A DNA stretch of 64,000 nt from positions 8,242 through 72,241 of the forward strand of contig CALVIH010000002.1 of NCBI GenBank assembly GCA_944329445.1, in the 5' to 3' direction. Source of the stretch: an uncultured Bacilli bacterium. GTDB lineage: Bacteria; Bacillota_I; Bacilli_A; RF39; UBA660. Made by a program: the position numbers and the translations under genes. Below the pieces are notes generated by a model. The model was not told where the DNA came from. It ran no database searches and saw only the letters and a list, made by a program, of their open reading frames with translations. Shown in pieces: positions 58,233 to 64,000 of the stretch (the first letter of the stretch is position 1; each line of letters opens with the position of its first letter).

Positions 58233-59661
58233 AACATAGTGACGCTAACAAAAATATTGTTGTTATACCATTTTTACCCGTGTTTGGTAAAGTTTTTTCC
58301 TCAAAATGTAGTTCCGGTAACTTATGATTTACTAATGTAATATTTTGCGTTATCCCATCTTTTGTAACTTCTATTATTCTGTCTTTTACTTTATCCACCC
58401 CTTCAATGGTACTTTCTTGCTTTAGTACGTATTTTCCGTAAGGAAGGGTTAACGTTATAAGACCTTTTTCGTCCGTCTTTGCCGTGGTAACTAAATTACC
58501 ATTTATATCATATATACCAAATAATATGCCTTCTTCTGGTGTACATATTTTGTTTACCGGGTCATCCAAAACCTTTGTTATTATGATTATATTTTCTATT
58601 ATTTTCTCATACGACTTGATTGTTACCTTCTTAGTTCCTGTTCCGACGTAAGTTTTAGTTACTGTTTTACTTATGGTGTAACCAGGACTTGGTGATATTT
58701 CTTTTACCGTGTAATTATCCTCGGTAAGGTTATCAAAAATAACCATTCCGTTCTTATCGGTTTTCTTTGACATGATCAAGTTGCCATCTTTATCATATAA
58801 TCCATATTCAGCGCCCTCCAAAGTAGCCTCAGTTGAAGATGGTTCTTTACTTTTATTATCATCATCCATTTTATCAACGATAATTTCACCATAAAAGTGA
58901 TTTATGCTATAATCTTTTTCATAATTATACGGAAACTCAAATGTTCCGATTGTTTGATAGCCATCCTTATAATAGTACATTGTTGTTTTTCCATTTTGCT
59001 TTCTTCTTAAAGTGAAGCTGTTATCATTATCTTCTACTTTTACGTTAAGATTATTACCACTTATATTCACGTTTTTTCCTTGAGCAACTTCATAGTCCTC
59101 TAAAACGTTATTCTTATCGCTTATGGAAAACTCATCCCCAACCATGTACTCTTTCTTAAAATCAAAACTTGGTGCAACCTCATAATTATTAACAAGTCTT
59201 AATATTTCATTTTTATAATAATCTATGTTAATTATGTTACCACCGTCTTTTTTATCGGTCCACCAAACGTTTGAAACGCCCATTTCTCGCCATATTAGCT
59301 CCTGAGCAGCCATATAATATTCCCTTTGTTCATGACCCGGGTAACCATATCCATAATATCCTATCAAGCTTAATTTTTTTGTATTTGCATACCCTAGGTT
59401 AGTGTCATAAATGTTAGTTGTTGACGAATAATAAGAAGCTTTATCCGCGGTAACACCTGGTTCTATGCAATAAGCAACCTTACCGTTTACCGTAATCATC
59501 GCAAGGTTTGTTACGTGATCACTTCCGTTTCTATATTGGTGGGCAAAAATACTTCTGTCCAAATTCCAATCAACGTACGAATCAAGATTGCCAGCCTTTA
59601 CGCTCATAAAAGGTAAAAACAATATTATTGATAAAAGTACAACCAAAACCCTCTTTTTCAT
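58198..59661 (-). CDS. LPNTG-anchored adhesin with an N-terminal thioester (TED) domain and Cna-B/SpaA-type domains
   Basis: Signal peptide; thioester-type motifs AYCIEPG (Cys) and AAQELIW (TQxA[IV]W-like Gln); C-terminal LPNTG, TM helix and a basic tail. Confidence 0.55.
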   Translation of the reverse strand: MKKRVLVVLLSIILFLPFMSVKAGNLDSYVDWNLDRSIFAHQYRNGSDHVTNLAMITVNGKVAYCIEPGVTADKASYYSSTTNIYDTNLGYANTKKLSLIGYYGYGYPGHEQREYYMAAQELIWREMGVSNVWWTDKKDGGNIINIDYYKNEILRLVNNYEVAPSFDFKKEYMVGDEFSISDKNNVLEDYEVAQGKNVNISGNNLNVKVEDNDNSFTLRRKQNGKTTMYYYKDGYQTIGTFEFPYNYEKDYSINHFYGEIIVDKMDDDNKSKEPSSTEATLEGAEYGLYDKDGNLIMSKKTDKNGMVIFDNLTEDNYTVKEISPSPGYTISKTVTKTYVGTGTKKVTIKSYEKIIENIIIITKVLDDPVNKICTPEEGILFGIYDINGNLVTTAKTDEKGLITLTLPYGKYVLKQESTIEGVDKVKDRIIEVTKDGITQNITLVNHKLPELHFEEKTLPNTGKNGITTIFLLASLCFVGLLYEKKTT

Positions 59662-59915
59662 TTTCTTCTCCTTCTGTTTCTATTATGTTTATATTTATTT
59701 TGTGTTTCTTTAAATCTTTTAAATATAGTTGGTAATTCTTCTATACCACCTTGTTTTAAAGTTGTTACATTTTCTAATTCTTTCCTTTTGTAACCTCTAT
59801 AAAAGCTTTTACTTAATGCGGATAATATTTGATTTTTTAACATCTCATCCGCCTCTTTAGATTTATCTTCCCCTACAGGAATTACTTTTATATTTATTTC
59901 TATATCATCATTCAT
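59658..59915 (-). CDS. 85-aa hypothetical protein with a poly-Arg/Lys tail; first gene of the adhesin-sortase operon
   Basis: ORF with RBS AAAGGAGAAAG; stop overlaps the adhesin start (ATGA). Confidence 0.3.
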   Translation of the reverse strand: MNDDIEINIKVIPVGEDKSKEADEMLKNQILSALSKSFYRGYKRKELENVTTLKQGGIEELPTIFKRFKETQNKYKHNRNRRRRK

Positions 59916-59990
59916 TTTCTTTCTCCTTTATTTTGTTTTGTCTTTTTTCTACAAGTGAATTTACTATTGTTTTTAGCTTGTTTTCATAAA

Positions 59991-60085
59991 TTATTCCTCC
60001 TTTCAATTAAATTGTTTAGTCGCTACTATAACAAAAATCTTTATCGAAACTTAAAATATTTTGTCGTAAATCAATCTATATTTTA
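59991..60085. repeat. Upstream copy of a degenerate direct repeat carrying promoter, RBS and a vestigial start (see 60942-61035)
   Basis: TTATTCCTCCTTTCAATTAAATTGTTTAGTCGCTACTATAACAAAAATCTTTATCGAAACTTAAAATATTTTGTCGTAAATC aligns with the leader of the DinD-like gene. Confidence 0.5.
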
Positions 60086-60086
60086 A

Positions 60087-60941
60087 CTATTTATCATTAT
60101 TTGGAAGTTTATTTTCTTTTTCTAGCTGTCTTAAGTTTTTTCTAGGTGTAGGCATTTCTTCAGGCATAGTTCCACCTAGCTCTTTTATTGTATTTCTTAT
60201 TTTACTACCTACCTTATAATGAGTTTCATTTGCATCTGTTTCCGTTTTTATCTTTTCATTTTTTAACTTTTGCTCAGTTTGAGATATTCTAAAAAGATTA
60301 GCGACTAATTCGTCACTACCCATGTTATCTAAAATATCCTCTCTGTATCTAAGTTTTTTTCGTTTAGCAATATCATTTGCTGTTTCACCACCATATAATC
60401 CTTTGTAACCATAGTTATGAAACTTATCAAAATTTTTAACGCCAGATTTTCTAGCAGTCTGATTTAACAAGTAGTTTCCTTTTCTGGTTAAATTCCTTTG
60501 ATAAAGCCTTTTTTCATCTTCACTTAAATTTTCATATTCTCTTTCAAACAACTCTTGCCTTCTTGTTTGTACCGCAAAATATGTTTGCCCAAGTGCTACT
60601 ACTTCTTTTTTAGGGTCAGCATTTTGTACAATCAGATAACAAGCATATCTTGATAACTTATAATCAACAATACTTCTTGATGTTTTAGATCCAATATCAA
60701 CCATCTTACCCACTTGGGTAAAATGGTTATCAATTATAAATTTACTTTGTTCACAAGCAATTTTTGCATTTTCTATTACATTCATAAATTTTTGCCATTT
60801 TTTATAATCTAAAGCTACTTGCAATTCTCTTGCTAACCAATACTCGTTTCCATTTTCATCAATATGTTTAATTTCTTCAAACGTATTATAACTAATTTCT
60901 TTTTCTTTAACTTCTACCGCCATAGTACTTTTATCCATCAT
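60087..60941 (-). CDS. DNA-damage-inducible protein D (DinD) homolog
   Basis: Extended collinearity with E. coli DinD as I recall it (YACYLIVQN, GQTYFAVQTRRQEL, EDEKRL, HNYGYKGLYGG, GTMPEEMPTP). Start refined to ATG 60941; the track used an upstream GTG. Confidence 0.55.
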   Translation of the reverse strand: MMDKSTMAVEVKEKEISYNTFEEIKHIDENGNEYWLARELQVALDYKKWQKFMNVIENAKIACEQSKFIIDNHFTQVGKMVDIGSKTSRSIVDYKLSRYACYLIVQNADPKKEVVALGQTYFAVQTRRQELFEREYENLSEDEKRLYQRNLTRKGNYLLNQTARKSGVKNFDKFHNYGYKGLYGGETANDIAKRKKLRYREDILDNMGSDELVANLFRISQTEQKLKNEKIKTETDANETHYKVGSKIRNTIKELGGTMPEEMPTPRKNLRQLEKENKLPNNDK

Positions 60942-61035
60942 ATTTTCTCCTTTCACTTAATTTGTTAGGCGTTACTATAGCAAATCATGTAATCGAAATT
61001 TGATAAATATTGTCGTCTTTCTCATAAAATTATTT
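60942..61035. repeat. Downstream copy of the direct repeat: native promoter and leader of the DinD-like gene with an extended -10 (TGCTATAGT)
   Basis: ATTTTCTCCTTTCACTTAATTTGTTAGGCGTTACTATAGCAAATCATGTAATCGAAATTTGATAAATATTGTCGTCTTTCTC is about 75% identical to 59991-60085. Confidence 0.5.
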
Positions 61036-61092
61036 TCATTTACATATTCTTTTTATTTTGATAGAATAAAAGTGTAGAATAAAGGAGGACTT

Positions 61093-62379
61093 ATGAACGA
61101 TAAAATAATCTACTCAGAAAAGAAAAATCAGGAAAAAAAGTCAATAATAGTTGTTGTTTCAATATTGTTAATAATACTAATTATTGTTATTGGTTTTTTA
61201 ATATCAAACTCTAATAAATCAATAATAAAAAGGTCTTTATCCCAAATAGAGAAAAAAACCAACTACTATGCAAAAATAGTTAATGAAAACACATTAAATA
61301 AGGATAAATACAAATTAGAAGGAACAATTACACCAGATGTAAAAATAGATTCTCAAGATACACTTAACACCGGGTTTAACGTTGATAAACTTAACGATAC
61401 CAGCATAAATTACGTAGTAAACCAAAACAATAAGGATTTAAGTGTAAGCTATGACGTTTTAATTAATAATGAGTCAAAAGGAATAGTAGAAGCCATCTTA
61501 AAAGATGAAATAACTTATTTAAACCTTGGCAATTCTTGGTCAAAAGTAAATCAAGAAAACATGATGAATAAAGAAGACTTAGAATACTTAAAAGGTGTTA
61601 TTTTAAAGAGTTTAAGTAATAATATAGATAGTGACTTATATTCTTCTAAAAAAGAGGCAATAACAATCGATGGCGAAGAGATAAACGCAAAAAAAGTATC
61701 AGTAACTTTAAAGGATAATGATCTATGCAAAGTTGTTAACCAATTAGTAAAAGACTTAAATGAAGACAAAAAAGCAAGCAACATTCTAGAAGATAACAAC
61801 ATTGACTTAAAAGACGTAAAGTTTAACAAAGAAGACTTCGAAGGTTTTGAAGTTGTATACTCCACTTATAAAAAAAGTACGTATGGAAAATACGTAGCAT
61901 TTAATCTAAGTTTATCCGATGATAACAACGAAATTAATATAACTTATAAATCTGATAAGAACGATGAATTAGAAATTAATACAAATGATTTAAAAATGAT
62001 AGTTAACGTCCAAAAAGAAGATGATTCATTTACTGCAAAACTAAACGTAAATGATCAAGAAGTAGCCACTTTAGAATATAGTATAAAAGAACTTAAAGAA
62101 AATCTGTCATTAAGCATTTACTTCGACTTGTACAATATTGACATGTCAGTAGCCAATGAATATAAAAAACAAGGAAATAATTATAACCTAAATGGTAATG
62201 CTAATGTTCTAGTGAAATACGATAACCATAGCGTATTGGACATTAGTTTAGAAAATAAAGGCACTTTAACAAACAAGGTAGATGATATAGAAAAGCCTAA
62301 AAATGCTGACGAATCATTTGATATAACAAGCTTAACAGATTTTTTAAACCCTATTATGAACGAATATCTAGTAGATTAA
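61093..62379 (+). CDS. Membrane-anchored extracytoplasmic hypothetical protein
   Basis: 428 aa; single N-terminal TM helix (SIIVVVSILLIILIIVIGFLI), hydrophilic remainder. Confidence 0.4.
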   Translation: MNDKIIYSEKKNQEKKSIIVVVSILLIILIIVIGFLISNSNKSIIKRSLSQIEKKTNYYAKIVNENTLNKDKYKLEGTITPDVKIDSQDTLNTGFNVDKLNDTSINYVVNQNNKDLSVSYDVLINNESKGIVEAILKDEITYLNLGNSWSKVNQENMMNKEDLEYLKGVILKSLSNNIDSDLYSSKKEAITIDGEEINAKKVSVTLKDNDLCKVVNQLVKDLNEDKKASNILEDNNIDLKDVKFNKEDFEGFEVVYSTYKKSTYGKYVAFNLSLSDDNNEINITYKSDKNDELEINTNDLKMIVNVQKEDDSFTAKLNVNDQEVATLEYSIKELKENLSLSIYFDLYNIDMSVANEYKKQGNNYNLNGNANVLVKYDNHSVLDISLENKGTLTNKVDDIEKPKNADESFDITSLTDFLNPIMNEYLVD

Positions 62380-62415
62380 AAAAGCATAGTTTTAAAAAAA
62401 CTATGCTTTTTTATT
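62380..62415. terminator. Bidirectional rho-independent terminator between convergent genes
   Basis: AAGCATAGTTT-taaaaaa-AAACTATGCTT with a T-run on one side and an A-run on the other. Confidence 0.55.
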
Positions 62416-62449
62416 TATAAATAATACTCAATTTTTAAGAAAATATAGT

Positions 62450-63364
62450 TTATAAAGTACTCAAATCAAAATAATCTTTATATTTTTTAGGGCTTATTGT
62501 TTCTCCTGGTTTAGTTTGTTTCCAACCAGCAAACTCATGTGACCATAAAGATAATTCTTTTGCACTTTTACCTTTTAATTTATTTTTTACTTTTCTCATG
62601 CATTTTATTTCATCTTCCGTAAAAAAGTCTAAATCAAACTTAATATTGGATAAATAAACATCAGCTTTATCCTCATCAAATGAAGGATCTATTGTTATAT
62701 AATTATTATGTAATAAATAATTAATAATCCATTTATAATTATCAATTATAGGGCCATGTGTTCCATTAGCATAAGTTAAAGTTGTAATTTTACTTTCAAA
62801 CTCTTTATAGCTTTCAAAATCAAGTGCAAACATATTTTTCATTATTTGCGTTTTACCAAGAGGATTATCATCTAACATGTATAAAAAGCTATTTATGGTT
62901 TTTACATGATCAAATAATTCAGCTTTTTTCAAGATAACATAATAATCATCTTTTAACCTTTCTTTATTATCATTTAAAATTTTTATAAATTCCTCAAAAC
63001 CATTTTTTAATTTTTTATATGTATCTAAATACCCTTTTTGAGGAAAAGATTCCTTATTTTCATATCTTTCGATGGTTTTCTTTCCCCATCCTAAAAGACG
63101 CGCAAACAACTCCTGTGAAAGATTATACTTACCTCTTATCTTTTTAAAATCTTCAAAAGAAAGACCATAACGTTTTAAGTATTCTTTATATATGTTATTT
63201 ATAGAATCGCACTCCTTAACTTCAATTTCATTATTACAATTAGGGCATTTATAAACAGATTCCTCAACCACAAAACTTTCACCATTTATTTTATAAACAT
63301 TCTTTTCTTTATATGAAACAGGACAAACTTCCTTTTCACAATTAAAACAATATTCTTTCTTCAT
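62450..63364 (-). CDS. Antitoxin candidate: MqsA-like zinc-ribbon + HTH fused to a Panacea (DUF4065)-like domain
   Basis: N-terminal CFNCEKEV...CPNCNN zinc ribbon; HTH LSQELFARLLGWGKKTIERYE; C-terminal TLTYANGTHGPIIDNYKWI ... SAKELSLWSHEFAGWKQT resembles Panacea domain blocks. Confidence 0.5.
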   Translation of the reverse strand: MKKEYCFNCEKEVCPVSYKEKNVYKINGESFVVEESVYKCPNCNNEIEVKECDSINNIYKEYLKRYGLSFEDFKKIRGKYNLSQELFARLLGWGKKTIERYENKESFPQKGYLDTYKKLKNGFEEFIKILNDNKERLKDDYYVILKKAELFDHVKTINSFLYMLDDNPLGKTQIMKNMFALDFESYKEFESKITTLTYANGTHGPIIDNYKWIINYLLHNNYITIDPSFDEDKADVYLSNIKFDLDFFTEDEIKCMRKVKNKLKGKSAKELSLWSHEFAGWKQTKPGETISPKKYKDYFDLSTL

Positions 63365-63379
63365 TTTGAATTTCTCCTT

Positions 63380-63754
63380 TCAATTTCTATTACTTTCATG
63401 AAAAGATAAACATACTAATATATCATTATTTCTACTAGTTCTTAAGGTTAATTTTATATACACATCTTTGCCATTTATATTTTTAATAAATTCAAACATC
63501 TCAGAGTTAAAATCTCTTTTACGATCATGGTCTATAGAAACATTTATGCATTCACTTTCTTTTAAATCTAAAACATAATTCCATACATCATCTGTTTTTA
63601 CAATTCCAATATCAATAATAGCTTGCTTGTAATTAATAATCTTACCATTAATTATATAATCTCTAGGAACAATAATTCTTTTTCTTTTTTTTATTAAATC
63701 TTTACTTATTTTTAAAAAGTATTTTAATGCTGCGTTATCTAAAGTTGTTAACAC
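63380..63754 (-). CDS. MqsR-like toxin (putative mRNA interferase)
   Basis: C-terminal ESECINVSIDHDRKRDFNSEMFEF...GKDVYIKLTLRTSRNNDILVCLSFHES parallels E. coli MqsR ESDFYKSMTTYSDHTIWQDVY...GQVYLKITVIHDVLIVSFKEK. Confidence 0.45.
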   Translation of the reverse strand: MLTTLDNAALKYFLKISKDLIKKRKRIIVPRDYIINGKIINYKQAIIDIGIVKTDDVWNYVLDLKESECINVSIDHDRKRDFNSEMFEFIKNINGKDVYIKLTLRTSRNNDILVCLSFHESNRN

Positions 63755-63874
63755 ATTTTACTCCTTTCAATGGATATTTTATTACTGCAAAATTATATTA
63801 TCATATTTTTATATTAGCGTCAATTGTCTTCAAATGTTTCTTTGCAAAAAAGTACGGATTATGTATAATCTGTA

Positions 63875-64000
63875 CTACTCGTTTATCATTAAATTGTTTT
63901 CTTTTATATAATTTTTTATAACGTCTTTATATAAACTAGAATAATTTTTAGTTTCATCCTCTAAAGCATCAGCATACATCTTTGCCTCTTCATAATCCAT
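63875..64000 (-). CDS. Partial ORF (C-terminal 41 codons; upstream part lies beyond the window)
   Basis: Reverse strand reads MDYEEAKMYADALEDETKNYSSLYKDVIKNYIKENNLMINE then stop; the frame is open at the window edge. Confidence 0.2.
   Translation of the reverse strand: MDYEEAKMYADALEDETKNYSSLYKDVIKNYIKENNLMINE

Overview
This is a low-GC, Firmicutes-like chromosomal segment using the standard genetic code (GC roughly 27-30% by eye, mostly TAA stops). Several Bacilli-type gene neighbourhoods are conserved: an HTH/RodZ-like gene, pgsA and recA in a row; gpsB immediately followed by the RNase P RNA gene (rnpB); recU with ponA; and hup. The left third (1-21.5 kb) is a cell-envelope glycopolymer locus: a WecA/TagO-type initiating transferase, GT2 and GT4 glycosyltransferases, an Alg13/Alg14-like pair, an LCP ligase, a Wzy/O-antigen-ligase-like protein, an LtaS-family transferase, a GH73 glucosaminidase with a dockerin, a cadherin-like surface protein and a membrane sensor with a degenerate GGDEF domain. 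The middle (23.8-42.3 kb) is the most unusual part. Two tyrosyl-tRNA synthetase paralogs sit in tandem. The first has a recognisable T-box leader. The second has a near-consensus sigma-A promoter and no T-box. The second abuts an IS-like transposase with imperfect terminal inverted repeats. It also abuts a tightly overlapped 7-gene minus-strand operon that looks more AT-rich than its surroundings. That operon encodes a C-terminally truncated RelA/SpoT homolog (HD-synthetase-TGS), a transketolase-family enzyme, a HAD-phosphatase fused to a PLP group-II decarboxylase, a NodU/CmcH-type carbamoyltransferase, two APH/choline-kinase-fold proteins and a ROK sugar kinase. A 32-codon leader ORF and a terminator precede it, and a membrane protein and an adenylate-forming ligase with a structured leader lie upstream. 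I read this as a candidate undescribed small-molecule pathway, possibly an aminoacyl-tRNA-synthetase-targeting metabolite with a resistant TyrRS copy. That reading is inference only. The right third (42.4-64 kb) holds housekeeping genes (ligA, phosphohexomutase, deoD, recA, pgsA, rnpB, gpsB, recU, ponA, cca, hup) interleaved with accessory genes. The accessory genes are a MazF-like orphan toxin, a BRO-N gene wedged between deoD and recA, a thioester-domain LPNTG adhesin with a dedicated sortase, and a DinD-like gene whose promoter/leader is duplicated about 0.9 kb away. There is also an MqsR-like toxin paired with an antitoxin that fuses an MqsA-like zinc-ribbon/HTH to a Panacea (DUF4065)-like domain. 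No CRISPR array, rRNA or tRNA gene was seen.
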